This document shows, piece by piece, positions 1 through 10,940 of a DNA stretch of 44,977 nt. This DNA comes from a virus (taxonomy: Duplodnaviria > Heunggongvirae > Uroviricota > Caudoviricetes): IMG/VR virus record IMGVR_UViG_2563366968_000003; one strand, 5' to 3'. Every line of letters begins with the position of its first letter. Within the stretch, counting starts at the first letter, position 1. The notes beneath the pieces were generated by a model. That model had not been told where the DNA came from. It saw only the letters and a program-made list of their open reading frames with translations, and made no database searches. Both the position numbers and the translations under genes were made by a program.

Positions 1-189
<189 letters not shown>

Positions 190-1307
190 TTAAACGGTAT
201 CCACACATCGGGAAGCGGCTGCAAAACTTGTTTATACGGCTCCGCAGCCTGGCTTGCATACTCTCTGGCTGCGTCTTCACTTGCTTTTGCAGCCGTCTGG
301 CTTGCAGCGGATGCTTTCGCCGAGTTAGTCGCCGCAGTCTCGCTCGCCTTTGCGTTGGTTTCACTGGTTTTTGCAGCTTTTTGACTGTTGGCTGATGCAG
401 TGGCAGAAGAAGCCGCCGCACTTGCAGAACCAGCTGCGGCACTCTCGCTTTGGGCCGCTGCATCCTGACTGTTTTTCGCCGCAGTTTCGCTGGCTTTGGC
501 ATTCGTTTCGCTGGTCTTCGCTGCCGTCTGGCTGGACTTTGCGTTAGTTTCGCTCGTCTTCGCTGCTTTCTGGCTGTTAGCTGCAGCAGTTGCTGATCCA
601 GCTGCTGAAGTCGCAGAACCGGCTGCCGCACTCTCGCTTTCGGCTGCTGCAGCCTGACTGCTTTTCGCCGCAGTTTCACTGGTTTTGGCATTCGTTTCGC
701 TTGTTTTCGCTGCCGCCTGGCTGGACTTTGCGTTGGTTTCGCTCGTCTTTGCTGCTGTCTCGCTATTTTTCGCGTTGTTTTCTGATTTTTTAGCTGCTGT
801 CGCGGAGTTTGCCGATGCAGTCTGCGAGGCCGCTGCCGCCTGTGCGCTGTTAGCTGCATTCGTTTCTGAGGTTTTCGCCGCGTTCTTCGATGATGCCGCT
901 GCTGTTTCTGATTTCTTTGCTGCCGCTGCGCTCTGAGAGGCGGCTTCAGCGTTGCGTGCTGCTTCTTCCACCATTGCCTCAAAACGACGCAATGCCTCCG
1001 GCATGACATCATCTTCCGTCATGGCACCGAGAAAATCATTCAGCGTACCAGGTCTGGAACCTTCATAGACGGTAATGGTTCCGGCATGTGAAGGCGGAAA
1101 ACCTTCAACCAGCAGGGTGACGCTGTACTGGCCATACTCGACATCCATGCTGTAACGCCCGGCTTCATCCGGATTTTCAGAAGCCACCGTGTTCACCAGT
1201 ACCGTGGTGCTGTTACGCTTTGCCTTCAGTTGAATAGTGCAGTTCTGTATTGGTTTTCCCGCACCATCTTTCAGCACACCTGAGATTTTTACTGCTGCCA
1301 TATCCAC
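190..1307 (-). pseudogene. stf: Side tail fibre Stf, N-terminal ~372 codons only; interrupted by IS5 at 189/190
   Basis: ORF 162-1307 translation begins MDMAAVKISGVLKDGAGKPIQNCTIQLKAKRNSTT, matching recalled lambda Stf N-terminus; reading frame runs into the IS5 end. Confidence 0.8.
424..801. repeat. In-frame tandem duplication, two 189-bp (63-codon) units inside stf encoding Ala/Ser/Thr-rich repeats
   Basis: Units starting at 424 and 613 are near-identical (GCAGAACC...GCTGCTGAAGTC); protein shows repeated AAKTSETNAK blocks. Confidence 0.6.
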
Positions 1308-1310
1308 TCC

Positions 1311-1340
1311 ACAAAAAAGCCCGCCTGAACCGGCGGGCTG
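1311..1340 (-). terminator. Hairpin plus T-run between lom and stf (rho-independent terminator-like)
   Basis: Minus strand reads AGCCCGCC-GGTTCA-GGCGGGCT followed by TTTTTTGTG. Confidence 0.45.
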
Positions 1341-1365
1341 TCATAACACTGTGTTACCTGGCTAA

Positions 1366-1965
1366 TCAGAATTTATAACCGACACCCACGATGAAACCGT
1401 CAGTGCGCCAGTCACCACTGCCGGAGCCTTCATAAGCAATATCAATGGCCACGGATTCGGTCGGGTTAAACTGCACGCCAGCTCCCCACGCCAGAGACGT
1501 GTTGCTGTGGCGATCATCATCACTTCCGGTCAGCACATCGTGCGTTTTCCCCTTGTTGTCAGTTACGCGGAGATAATCCCCGGAGAACGTCGAAACACGG
1601 CTGTAAGCCATACCTGCCATCGCATAAGCACTGAACCATTCATTCACGCGTACAGATGGCCCCGCCATCATGCTGAACCAGCGGTTACGCACTGAATCTT
1701 CATGCCAGCGGGTATCGCTGTAATGCGTTTTTTGCTCATCTTTGGCATTGGCATAACTGAATGACGTCACCAGCCCCAGCGTGTCCGTAAATTCATAACG
1801 GTATTTCACGTTAATCCCGTTCAGATTATCGCTGCCGGGAACGTTCGTCGAGGCATGAAGATACCCCGCGCTCAGCGTGGACTGATGTTCAGATGCCCAT
1901 GCAGGCGCACCGGATACGGCCAGACAAATGGCTGCGGACAAAATGGCGGCATAAAGTTTACGCAT
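1366..1965 (-). CDS. lom: Lom outer-membrane protein (Ail/PagC/Lom family)
   Basis: 199 aa with signal peptide MRKLYAAILSAAICLAVSGAPAWA and beta-barrel-like C-terminus ending GYKF; position after J as in lambda. Confidence 0.85.
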   Translation of the reverse strand: MRKLYAAILSAAICLAVSGAPAWASEHQSTLSAGYLHASTNVPGSDNLNGINVKYRYEFTDTLGLVTSFSYANAKDEQKTHYSDTRWHEDSVRNRWFSMMAGPSVRVNEWFSAYAMAGMAYSRVSTFSGDYLRVTDNKGKTHDVLTGSDDDRHSNTSLAWGAGVQFNPTESVAIDIAYEGSGSGDWRTDGFIVGVGYKF

Positions 1966-1987
1966 AATTACCTCTCGCTTTTCTGCA

Positions 1988-2014
1988 ATAAAAAAGGCAC
2001 CATTTCTGGTGCCC
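1988..2014 (-). terminator. Rho-independent terminator-like hairpin downstream of J
   Basis: Minus strand GGGCACCAGAAATGGTGCC followed by TTTTTTT. Confidence 0.5.
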
Positions 2015-2034
2015 TTATATGGGTTATAACAATT

Positions 2035-5000
2035 TCAACGAATACTGATGCCGGAAGCGGCTTTTTTGGTCACAATCACCGTACAGTCGGTGATATTACC
2101 TGCCCGCTGATTGCCTTTATGGAAAACCTTAAACTCCAGAGTGACGCTTCCCCTGCCACTCGGCATATCAATAACCGCACTGTAGCTACCGGGAATGGCC
2201 CCTTTAGTTTCTCTGGATGCGATTAATACACCGTTTTTGCGAACTTCAAAACCATAACCCGTGTATCTTGTACCTCCCGGGTTATTACCACTTCCCGGAT
2301 CGCTATACGCTATTCCGTTAAAGATAATGGGCGGAATAATGATTTGACGGTCAAAGTTATGATCATCGCTGATGGTGACTGTAACCGTCCCGTTTGGTGT
2401 TTCCGTGTTACCCCACGTACCAGCCTGTTTCGGAAATGATTTGGATACAGCTTTAACGAAGTCACCTCTGACCTGAGTCGCCTCCAGCATGCCCTTAATC
2501 GTACAGTTTTCATTTACCGTGACATTGTTGAGCGTCCCGGCGTTCGCATTCACACTGCCACTGATATCCGCATTTTTAGCGGTCAGCTTTCCGTCCGGTG
2601 TCAGGGAAAATGCCGGTGGATTTCCACCACTGGTAATGGTCGGGGCCGTCAGGCGTTTCAGGAACACGTCGTTCATGAATATCTGATCGCCCTGACCAAC
2701 AAACATCGGTTTTGTGTTGCCATTCGCAGGATTAACCATCGCAATCCTGTCCGCCGCCAGCAGCACCTGACTCTGCATGCCGTCAGGGGTGTTCTCAATA
2801 CCGGCACCAATACCCGCGATATAAAGGCGTCCGTCCTGCATCTGCTGCAGCTTCACAGCCCACATGCTGTTCAGGTTATTATTTGTATCAACCTGAACCT
2901 TCTGTATCTGCTGAATTGCCGCACTCTGGTCTTCCAGTTTCTTATTGACGGTCTGCGTGATTTCATTGCTGACATGCGTAATGGACGTCCTGATTTCAGC
3001 CAGGTCAGGCGCAAGCTGACCGTTATCAATCTGCGTCCACAGCTCCTGAGCCAGATGGGTTTTCCCTATCTCGCCTTTGAAAAAATCCAGATAACCGGAT
3101 GCATCATCACTCGGCTGACCAACAGCCTCCACGAATGCCGATTTGCCGACGGTGTTCACACTGCGAACGTAAAAATAATAATCATGGCCCGGTTTGATAT
3201 TGATACTGGCAGCTATCCAGTACAGCGCCGTACCAAGATAGCGGGCTGTGGTTTCAACCTGCCTGATATCCGCAATCCGCTTTTCCGAGAACCAGAACTC
3301 AAACTGTACCGTCGGATCATAAACGGCAAGATGCGGCGTTGCGGTTATCTGAAAATAGCCCGGCGTCAGCTCAATCCGCGACGGTGCTGCCGGTGCGGCA
3401 ATCCGGAACGATACCGATGCCGGATCGCCCTGCTGCCCCCAGGCATTTGCCGCCCGGACTGTCAGCCTGTAGTTTCCCAGCGCCAGTTGCGTGAAGCGGT
3501 ATGTGGTTTCCGTCGTCCGGGCCGTGCTGACCAGCCGCTCACTGCCGTCGTCTGCTGCCACAGTCAGGCGAAGCATAAAGCTCACACCCTTCACCACCTT
3601 CGGCGTGTCCCATCGCGCCAGCACCTGATATTCCCCGCTGTCTGCAGTGACTTCGGCGGTCAGATGCTGCACTGCTGGCGGCGTGACACCATTCACCGTG
3701 CCGCTCTGGTCACCGTCAAAGTGCGCCCCGTTATCCACGATGGCCTCTTTCTCCGGCACATGCTGCACGGCAGTGATGGCATACGTGCCGTCGTCGTTCT
3801 CACGGATACTCACGCAGCGGAACAGGCGCTGGCGCAGCGTCGGCAGCTTAAGCCCCCACACGCTGTATTCAGCAACACCGTCAGGAACCCGGCTCACTTT
3901 TACCTTCACGCCGTCGGTGACGGACTGAACCTCCACGCTGACCGGACTCCCCTGCCCGTCAACCAGGCTTATCAGCGTGGTGCCGGAGGCTGGCAGCGTG
4001 ATTTCACGGTCGAGCGTCAGTGTCCGCGTCTGGCTGTTCACCGCCAGCACGCGCCCACCGGTGCTGATGCCCGCATAGTCATCATCGCAGATTTCAATGA
4101 CATCGCCCGGTACATGGCGAAGCCCTTCGGCACCCACGCTGAAGTCCACGGTCTGCGTTTCCAGCAGTTCTGTTTTAATCAGCCACAGCCCGGCTCGGTG
4201 CGCCTGCCCCCGACTGGTACAGCCAAACGCATCCATCTTCGTGACGTTACGACCGTAACGGGCAATGGCCTGCGTGTCCTCCACAAGCTCTGTCGCCGTC
4301 TCCCAGCCGTTATCCGGGTCAATCCAGTTCACCTCAACGGCATTATGGCGGTCCTTGAGGGCGCTGAAGCTGTAGCGGAACGGCGCGCCATCATCCGGCA
4401 TCACCACATTACTGCGGTTATAGGTCCACACCTTATCCGACGGCCGGTCCTGCACGAACGTCAGCGTCTGCCCGTTCCATACCGGCATACAGCGCATCGC
4501 CGAGCAGAAATCACTGAGCACATCCCACGCCTTGCGCTGTGTGGTCAGGTACGCATTACAGGTGATGCGCGGCTCCGTGCCGCCAAAGCCGTCCGGCACT
4601 GACTGGTCGCAGTACTGGCCGATGACATACAGCGCCCATTTGTCCACATCCGCCGCACCAAGACGTTTCCCCATGCCGTAGCGTGGATGGGTCAGCATAT
4701 CCCACAGACACCAGGCCATGTTATTGCTGTATGCTGGCTTAAACGTTCCGTCCCAGATACCGCTGTATTGCCGCGTCTGCGGGTTATAGTTCGACGGCAC
4801 CTGCAGAATGCGCCCGCGAAGATGATAATTACGGCTCACCTGCTGGCTGCCGAACTGCTCCGAGTCCACCTGCACGCCGACCAGTGCCGTGTTCGGGTAG
4901 CACTGTTTCACATCGATGATTTCTGTGTATGACGACCAGAGCGTTTTGTTCTGCAGCTGGTCTGTGGTGCTGTCCGGCGTCATCCTGCGCATCCGGATAT

Positions 5001-5532
5001 TAAACGGGCGCGGCGGCAGGTTATCCACCACCACCGAGGCCAGATACTGCGACGTGGTTTTGCCCTTAATGGTGATGTCTTTTTCCGTCACCCAGCCACC
5101 GTTACGCTGTATCTGAACCAGCAGACGGACTTCCGACGGATTCCTGTCACCCTTTGAGGTGGTTTCCACCAGTGCCTGCACACCGAAGGTAAAGCGCAGA
5201 CGGTCGATGTTTGCAGACGTGATGGTCCGGGTAATCGGCGTGTCGTACTTCACTTCCGTACCCAGCACCGTCTCGGAGCCGGAGGATTCAAACCCCTCCG
5301 GCGGTGTCTGCTCCTGCTCACCTGCCCGGAACACCACCGTGACGCCGGAGATATTGGTATTCCCCTCACTGTCCAGCACTGGCGTACTGTTCAGCAGCAC
5401 ACTTTTTAATCCGTCCACCGGACCTTCAATCGGCCCTTCACTGATGGCGTCTATCACGCTCAGCATCTGGGATGATTTCAGGTTGTCCTTCGCTTCGCGC
5501 GGGGTATGCCCCTTACTGCTGCCTTTACCCAT
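2035..5532 (-). CDS. J: Tail tip / host specificity protein J
   Basis: 1165 aa; N-terminus [20 protein letters not shown] and long central stretches match recalled lambda J; C-terminal portion diverges. Confidence 0.9.
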   Translation of the reverse strand: MGKGSSKGHTPREAKDNLKSSQMLSVIDAISEGPIEGPVDGLKSVLLNSTPVLDSEGNTNISGVTVVFRAGEQEQTPPEGFESSGSETVLGTEVKYDTPITRTITSANIDRLRFTFGVQALVETTSKGDRNPSEVRLLVQIQRNGGWVTEKDITIKGKTTSQYLASVVVDNLPPRPFNIRMRRMTPDSTTDQLQNKTLWSSYTEIIDVKQCYPNTALVGVQVDSEQFGSQQVSRNYHLRGRILQVPSNYNPQTRQYSGIWDGTFKPAYSNNMAWCLWDMLTHPRYGMGKRLGAADVDKWALYVIGQYCDQSVPDGFGGTEPRITCNAYLTTQRKAWDVLSDFCSAMRCMPVWNGQTLTFVQDRPSDKVWTYNRSNVVMPDDGAPFRYSFSALKDRHNAVEVNWIDPDNGWETATELVEDTQAIARYGRNVTKMDAFGCTSRGQAHRAGLWLIKTELLETQTVDFSVGAEGLRHVPGDVIEICDDDYAGISTGGRVLAVNSQTRTLTLDREITLPASGTTLISLVDGQGSPVSVEVQSVTDGVKVKVSRVPDGVAEYSVWGLKLPTLRQRLFRCVSIRENDDGTYAITAVQHVPEKEAIVDNGAHFDGDQSGTVNGVTPPAVQHLTAEVTADSGEYQVLARWDTPKVVKGVSFMLRLTVAADDGSERLVSTARTTETTYRFTQLALGNYRLTVRAANAWGQQGDPASVSFRIAAPAAPSRIELTPGYFQITATPHLAVYDPTVQFEFWFSEKRIADIRQVETTARYLGTALYWIAASINIKPGHDYYFYVRSVNTVGKSAFVEAVGQPSDDASGYLDFFKGEIGKTHLAQELWTQIDNGQLAPDLAEIRTSITHVSNEITQTVNKKLEDQSAAIQQIQKVQVDTNNNLNSMWAVKLQQMQDGRLYIAGIGAGIENTPDGMQSQVLLAADRIAMVNPANGNTKPMFVGQGDQIFMNDVFLKRLTAPTITSGGNPPAFSLTPDGKLTAKNADISGSVNANAGTLNNVTVNENCTIKGMLEATQVRGDFVKAVSKSFPKQAGTWGNTETPNGTVTVTISDDHNFDRQIIIPPIIFNGIAYSDPGSGNNPGGTRYTGYGFEVRKNGVLIASRETKGAIPGSYSAVIDMPSGRGSVTLEFKVFHKGNQRAGNITDCTVIVTKKAASGISIR

Positions 5533-5592
5533 TCCTCACGCTCCAGAAACGACAAAACCGCCCGCAGGCGGTTTCACATAAAACATTTTGCA

Positions 5593-6264
5593 TCAGCGAC
5601 CAATCACCACAACCTGACCACCATCCCCTTCGTCTGCCGTGCTGATCTCCTGAGAGACCACCCGCGACCCCACGCGCATTTCACCGTACAGAACCGGCAG
5701 AACATTGCCCTGGGCAACCATGTTATCCAGTGAGGAGAAATAGGTGTTCTGTTTGCCGTTATCCGTTGTCTGTGTACGGGGAGTTCTGGCTTTCGGTGCC
5801 AGCATCTGCGCCACACCACCGAGCACCATACTGGCACCGAGAGAAAACAGGATGCCGGTCATACCACCGGCCCCAATGGCTGCCCCCCATGCTGCAAGGG
5901 TGGCCCCGGCGGTAAAGAATGATCCGGCAATGGCGGCAGCCCCCAGGACAATCTGGAATACGCCACCTGACTTGGCCCCGGCGACTCTGGGAACAATATG
6001 AATCACAGCGCCATCAGGCAGAGTCTCATGTAACTGCGCCGTTAATCCGGACGTGCTGACATCCTGCCCGGCAATCCGTACCTGATACCAGCCGTCGCTC
6101 AGTTTCTGACGAAACGCCGGGAGCTGTGTGGCCAGCGCCCGGATGGCTTCGGCTCCCGTTTTCACACGCAGATCGATGCGGCGACCAAATCGTTGTAAAT
6201 CCCCGTAAAGGCAGATGCGTGCCATGCCCGGTGACGCCAGAGGGAGTGTGTGCGTCGCTGCCAT
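5593..6264 (-). CDS. I: Tail assembly protein I
   Basis: 223 aa, same length as lambda I; overlaps K by 103 nt as in lambda. Confidence 0.85.
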   Translation of the reverse strand: MAATHTLPLASPGMARICLYGDLQRFGRRIDLRVKTGAEAIRALATQLPAFRQKLSDGWYQVRIAGQDVSTSGLTAQLHETLPDGAVIHIVPRVAGAKSGGVFQIVLGAAAIAGSFFTAGATLAAWGAAIGAGGMTGILFSLGASMVLGGVAQMLAPKARTPRTQTTDNGKQNTYFSSLDNMVAQGNVLPVLYGEMRVGSRVVSQEISTADEGDGGQVVVIGR

Positions 6265-6947
6265 TTGTCGGTATACCTCTCTCGTTTGCTCAGTTGTTCA
6301 GGAATATGGTGCAGCAGCTCGCCGTCACCACAGTAAATGGCGGCATGATTCGGCACCGATGAACCAAAACAGCACAACAGCACATCGCCCGGTTGTGCTG
6401 ATGACAACGGCACCTGATACAGCCCCGTGGCCTCCAGATTATCCAGATAGAGATTCTGACCGTTACGCCACCAGTCATCCCCGCGATGAAAATCCGGCAT
6501 CTCAATCCCCGCCAGATGATAAGCATCCCGGAACAGCGTGTAACAGTCCGTCACCCCGTGCTCAAAGCGCCGCCCGGTGAGATGCGGCACACAGCGGAAC
6601 TTATGAATCGTCCCCCGGCAGACCAGCCACCACGGCAAATCACTCTGCACCTGCAGCCGCCGGTCGGCCTCACTCAGCCAGGGCAGACCACCGGGGTGGC
6701 TGTGGACCAGCGCCACAATCTCACCCTGCATTTCTGCCTGCAGCCAGTCTTCCGGCGACAGCCTGAAATACGCCTCCGGCTTACCGGAGATATTCACACA
6801 GGGAAAATATCTTTCCCCTTCCGGCGTTCTCACCACGAAGCCGCACGACTCCGCTGGCGCACATCGCCGGGCGTGCGCCAGAATCGCTGATTCTGTCTCT
6901 GTCATGGGTTTACTGCGAAAGTTTGTTAATGGAAAGGAAGCCGCCAA
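6162..6947 (-). CDS. K: Tail assembly protein K (JAMM/MPN motif HSHPGG plus NlpC/P60-like C-terminus); start codon uncertain
   Basis: ORF 261 aa; HSHPGG metalloprotease-like motif; position between L and I. Confidence 0.75.
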   Translation of the reverse strand: MAASFPLTNFRSKPMTETESAILAHARRCAPAESCGFVVRTPEGERYFPCVNISGKPEAYFRLSPEDWLQAEMQGEIVALVHSHPGGLPWLSEADRRLQVQSDLPWWLVCRGTIHKFRCVPHLTGRRFEHGVTDCYTLFRDAYHLAGIEMPDFHRGDDWWRNGQNLYLDNLEATGLYQVPLSSAQPGDVLLCCFGSSVPNHAAIYCGDGELLHHIPEQLSKRERYTDKWQRRTHSLWRHRAWHASAFTGIYNDLVAASICV

Positions 6948-7608
6948 AGTTACCGACGTTATTGCGGAACTTACATCCGCTCAGGCATTTGCTGCATTTA
7001 TCCTTCGTGATATCGGACGTTGGCTGGTCATATTCATCCGCGACCGCCGGACCGTGATAACCGCACTCATCGCCGCGATAGGTCCAGGTGCAGGTGTTGG
7101 CCAGCATGATACGTCCCGGAAAAACAGCGCCGTCCGTTTCCGTCGACGTGGCCAGTACAAAGGAGGCACTGACCGCGCTCAGTTCGCTGCACTGCTCGAT
7201 GCGCCAGTGGCTGATCACCTCCTGCTCCGGATCGGCGTCTCTGTTTCCGTTGACGAAGTTCACCGCATCCAGAAAACGGGCGTAAACCTTACGCCTGACC
7301 ACCGTTCCGCCGACCAGACTCTGCAGGTCTTCCGCCATCCCGGTGACCATGCCGTGCAGGTTAGAAACCGTCAGTGTCGGACGGGCAGCACTGCCCTTGC
7401 CATTCAGTTCAAATCCCGTCCCCTGAATGGGGTATGCCTGATACTGCCGCCCCTGCCAGGTAACCGGCTCACCTTTTTCGTTCTGCTCATTACAGAAAAA
7501 ATAACGTTCTCCACCGACCTCTGTCAGATCGATTTCCCAGAGCACCACGCTGGCCGACTGCTCCGCACGGGTGCATTCATTCAGTGTTTCCTGCCGGATA
7601 TCCTGCAT
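6910..7608 (-). CDS. L: Minor tail protein L
   Basis: 232 aa, lambda L length and position. Confidence 0.85.
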   Translation of the reverse strand: MQDIRQETLNECTRAEQSASVVLWEIDLTEVGGERYFFCNEQNEKGEPVTWQGRQYQAYPIQGTGFELNGKGSAARPTLTVSNLHGMVTGMAEDLQSLVGGTVVRRKVYARFLDAVNFVNGNRDADPEQEVISHWRIEQCSELSAVSASFVLATSTETDGAVFPGRIMLANTCTWTYRGDECGYHGPAVADEYDQPTSDITKDKCSKCLSGCKFRNNVGNFGGFLSINKLSQ

Positions 7609-7937
7609 CAGTTCACCACCTGTTCAAACTCTGCGCTGAACTCAACACGCAGCATACTGACCCGCGACGACCATTTTGCGCAGGTCACCTTTATCTGCCG
7701 CCACTCATAAGGCGGCGTCCACAGAAAGGATTTCCAGCCCCCGTGCTCAGCCAGAAACGACTCAAGCGCCGTGGCCTCCCAACGGGGAACAGAAAGCGTC
7801 ACGCTGTACGTTTTCAGGTCAGCGTTCAGCCCGGCAGGCGCTCGCTGGGAATAGCCATCACCAAAGCGCACCTTTCTTACAGAAGGGACCGAAGCCACAT
7901 CCATACCGGGTTTCACTTTCCAGCGGAAGGTCTTCAT
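7608..7937 (-). CDS. M: Minor tail protein M
   Basis: 109 aa, lambda M length and position. Confidence 0.85.
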   Translation of the reverse strand: MKTFRWKVKPGMDVASVPSVRKVRFGDGYSQRAPAGLNADLKTYSVTLSVPRWEATALESFLAEHGGWKSFLWTPPYEWRQIKVTCAKWSSRVSMLRVEFSAEFEQVVN

Positions 7938-10513
7938 CGTCCACCTCCGGAGAACAGGCCACCATCACGCATCTGTGTCTGAATTTCATCGCGGGCACCC
8001 TTGCGGGCCATGTCATACACTGCTTTCATCATCTGTGGACCTGGCAGACCATTCGTACCGTCGTTCTGAATCACCACGTTGTTGTTCTGCTCAAACCTGA
8101 TACCCTCTGAACGCCGCATTTGCGCCGGACTTCCGGTGCCACCGACATAACCGCCGGTGGCATAGCCGCGCATCAGCCGGTAGAGATTTCCCACGCCAAT
8201 CCGGCTGGTTGCCTCCTTCGTGAAGACAAATTCACCACGGTGAACAATCCCCGCTGGCTCATATTTGCCGCCGGTTCCCGTAAATCCTCCGGTTGCAAAA
8301 TGGAATTTCGCCGCAGCGGCCTGAATGGCTGTACCGCCTGACGCGGATGCGCCGCCACCAACAGCCCCGCCAATGGCGCTGCCGATACTCCCGACAATCC
8401 CCACCATTGCCTGCTTAAGCAGAATTTCTGTCATCATGGACAGCACGGAACGGGTGAAGCTGCGCCAGTTCTGCTCACTGCCGGTCAGCATCGCCGCCAT
8501 ATTCTGTGCAATACCATCAAAGGTCTGCGTGGCTGCACTTTTTACCTGCGACATACTGTCCGTGGCGCTCTCTTCCCACTCACTCCAGCCGGACTTCAGG
8601 CCTGCCATCCAGCTCCCGCGAAGCTGGTCTTCAGCCGCCCAGGTCTTTTTCTGCTCTGACATGACGTTATTCAGCGCCAGCGGATTATCGCCATACTGTT
8701 CCTTCAGGCGCTGTTCCGTGGCTTCCCGTTCTGCCTGCCGCTCAGTCAGCCCCCGGCTTTTCGCATCAATGGCGGCCCGTTTTGCCCGTTGCTGCTGTGC
8801 GAATTTATCCGCCTGCTGCGCCAGCGCGTTCAGGCGCTCCTGATACGTAACCTTGTCGCCAAGTGCAGCCAACTGGCGTTTGTACTCCAGCGTCTCATCT
8901 TTATGCGCCAGCAGGGATTTCTCCTGTGCAGACAGCTGGCGACGTTGCGCCGCCTCCTCCAGTACCGCGAACTGACTCTCCGCCTTCCACAAATCCCGGC
9001 GCTGCTGGCTGATTTTCTCATTTGCTCCGGCATGCCTCTCCAGCGTCCAGAGTTCAGCCTGAAGCGTCAGCAGGGCAGCATGAGCACTGTCTTCCTGACG
9101 ATCGCCCGCAGACACCTTCACGCCGGACTGTTTCGCCTTTTTCAGCGTCGCTTCATAGTCCTTTTTCGCCGCCGCCATCAGCGTGTTGTAATCTGCCTGC
9201 AGAATTTTCCCGTCCTTCAGTGCCTTGTTCAGTTCTTCCTGACGGGCGGTATATTTCTCCAGCGGCGTCTGCAGGCGTTCATAAGCCTTCTGCGCCTCTT
9301 CGGTATATTTCAGCCGTGATGCCTCAGACTCGGCCCAGTCCTTTGCTGCCATCTCTCTGGCCTTTTCAAGATCGGCCTGCAACGTGGCGGCTGAAAGCCC
9401 AAGTTGCGCATTCGCTCTGTCCTCCCATGCTCCCCGGAGATTGGCAAGAAATGCGGATGTTTTACCGCGCCGGTGGCTCCGGCTCTGATACCACTGCCAT
9501 TTTTTGTCCGCCTCATCAAAAGCCTTTTCTGCTTTCTCCAGCATTTCCCGGGCAGTGTCCGGGCGACCAATATCCAGCACCGAATCCCACATGGATTTGA
9601 ATGCCCGTGCTGTCCTGTCTGCCCAGGTCTCCAGCGTGCCCATGTTCTCTTTCAGGCGGCGGGTCTGGTCATCAAACCCTTTCGTTGCGGCCTCGTTCGC
9701 CGCCTGCAATGCCCCGGCTTCATCTCCGGAACGCTGCAACTGAGCAACATACGCAATCTGCTCCGCCGTCACGTTATGGAACTGACGTGCCATCGCTGTC
9801 AGTCCCGACGTCGGGTCAGTGGTCAGCTTCCCGAAGGCTTCAGCGACCTTGTCCACCTCCACGCCGGATGCAGAGGAGAAACGCGCCACACTCTGGCTGA
9901 TCGCCTCAAACTGCTCACCACCACGCACACCGGCATTCACCAGCGCCGTCAGTGACTCGCTGGTCTGGTTAAACGTCAGCCCTGCCGCCTGCCCGGCTCT
10001 GGACAGGGCCAGAATACGATCTGCCGTCAGTCCCGCCTGATTGCCGGACAGGACCAGCGTTTTGTTGAAATCGGACAGGGTTGAGTTGCCCTGATACCAG
10101 GCATACGCCAGCGCACCGGTCGCCACCGCCAGCGAGGTGGCCCCCACCATCGGCAGGGTGATCGCACCGGCAAGCCCCCTGAACATGGGGATCATCCCGC
10201 CGAAGGAGTCCTTAACCTGACCACCCTGTTGCAGCAGGATCAGCCACGGACTTTGCCCGCCTGCAAGCTGCGTGGCCACGTCGGTGAACTGTGCAGGCAG
10301 CATACGCATGGCGGCTTTATACTGCCCGACGGAAATCCCCGCTTTCTGTGCAGCCAGCGCCTGTCGGCTCAGCGACTGTTCAACGACTGCCGCTGTTTTT
10401 TTCGCATCACTTTCCGTACCGGAAAAATGACGCCTGACTCTGGCCATCTGCTCGTCAAATCTGGCCGCATCCAGACTCAAATCAACGACCAGATCGCCTA
10501 CCGGTTCAGCCAT
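7934..10513 (-). CDS. H: Tail tape measure protein H
   Basis: 859 aa, coiled-coil rich, Gly-rich C-terminus; between G-T and M. Confidence 0.9.
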   Translation of the reverse strand: MAEPVGDLVVDLSLDAARFDEQMARVRRHFSGTESDAKKTAAVVEQSLSRQALAAQKAGISVGQYKAAMRMLPAQFTDVATQLAGGQSPWLILLQQGGQVKDSFGGMIPMFRGLAGAITLPMVGATSLAVATGALAYAWYQGNSTLSDFNKTLVLSGNQAGLTADRILALSRAGQAAGLTFNQTSESLTALVNAGVRGGEQFEAISQSVARFSSASGVEVDKVAEAFGKLTTDPTSGLTAMARQFHNVTAEQIAYVAQLQRSGDEAGALQAANEAATKGFDDQTRRLKENMGTLETWADRTARAFKSMWDSVLDIGRPDTAREMLEKAEKAFDEADKKWQWYQSRSHRRGKTSAFLANLRGAWEDRANAQLGLSAATLQADLEKAREMAAKDWAESEASRLKYTEEAQKAYERLQTPLEKYTARQEELNKALKDGKILQADYNTLMAAAKKDYEATLKKAKQSGVKVSAGDRQEDSAHAALLTLQAELWTLERHAGANEKISQQRRDLWKAESQFAVLEEAAQRRQLSAQEKSLLAHKDETLEYKRQLAALGDKVTYQERLNALAQQADKFAQQQRAKRAAIDAKSRGLTERQAEREATEQRLKEQYGDNPLALNNVMSEQKKTWAAEDQLRGSWMAGLKSGWSEWEESATDSMSQVKSAATQTFDGIAQNMAAMLTGSEQNWRSFTRSVLSMMTEILLKQAMVGIVGSIGSAIGGAVGGGASASGGTAIQAAAAKFHFATGGFTGTGGKYEPAGIVHRGEFVFTKEATSRIGVGNLYRLMRGYATGGYVGGTGSPAQMRRSEGIRFEQNNNVVIQNDGTNGLPGPQMMKAVYDMARKGARDEIQTQMRDGGLFSGGGR

Positions 10514-10940
10514 ACCGGACTCCTCCTGCGATCCCTTCTGATACTGTCATCAGCATTACGTCATCCTCCGTCATGTCCGCCACATCCGGGGAAGTAGGGA
10601 TAACTTCATTCCCGTCCGGGCCAAAGCGGACACCTCCGGCAAGCCCTGCCGCTTTCTGCATCAGCACATCATCTTCAGGCTCCTCGTCAGCCTCGCGCCG
10701 GTTCAGCAAACTGAAATCCAGCGGATGCATATCCGGATCGCTGAAAAACAGGCTGAGCACGGTGTACGTCAGCCCGGAAAAGTGCATATCCAGCAGAACA
10801 TCATGAAAATAATGGGTACTGTAAAAGCGGTGCCAGTCGGCATACTCCGTGGATGACATCCCGGCAAGCATGGCACGCCAGTCGGGTCGCCCCATCTCAC
10901 GCGCCAGTTTCAGGGCAAAACTCAGCTCACCGTCGAACAC
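10506..10940 (-). CDS. T: Tail assembly chaperone T reading frame (expressed as G-T fusion by -1 frameshift)
   Basis: 144-aa ORF overlapping the end of G in the -1 frame; slippery heptamer present. Confidence 0.8.
   Translation of the reverse strand: MFDGELSFALKLAREMGRPDWRAMLAGMSSTEYADWHRFYSTHYFHDVLLDMHFSGLTYTVLSLFFSDPDMHPLDFSLLNRREADEEPEDDVLMQKAAGLAGGVRFGPDGNEVIPTSPDVADMTEDDVMLMTVSEGIAGGVRYG

Noticed and set aside
424-801. Possible CRISPR array suggested by repeated DNA units
   Set aside because: Repeats are 189 bp, contiguous, in-frame and protein-coding within stf; there are no short repeat-spacer units anywhere in the window
2974-4602. 542-aa ORF on the plus strand
   Set aside because: Entirely antisense to the well-supported J gene; Arg/His-rich translation typical of the reverse strand of GC-rich coding DNA
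6904-7710. 268-aa plus-strand ORF, plus other plus-strand ORFs across 8100-10600 and 19526-20407
   Set aside because: All are antisense to lambda-like tail and terminase genes with clear homology; no independent support
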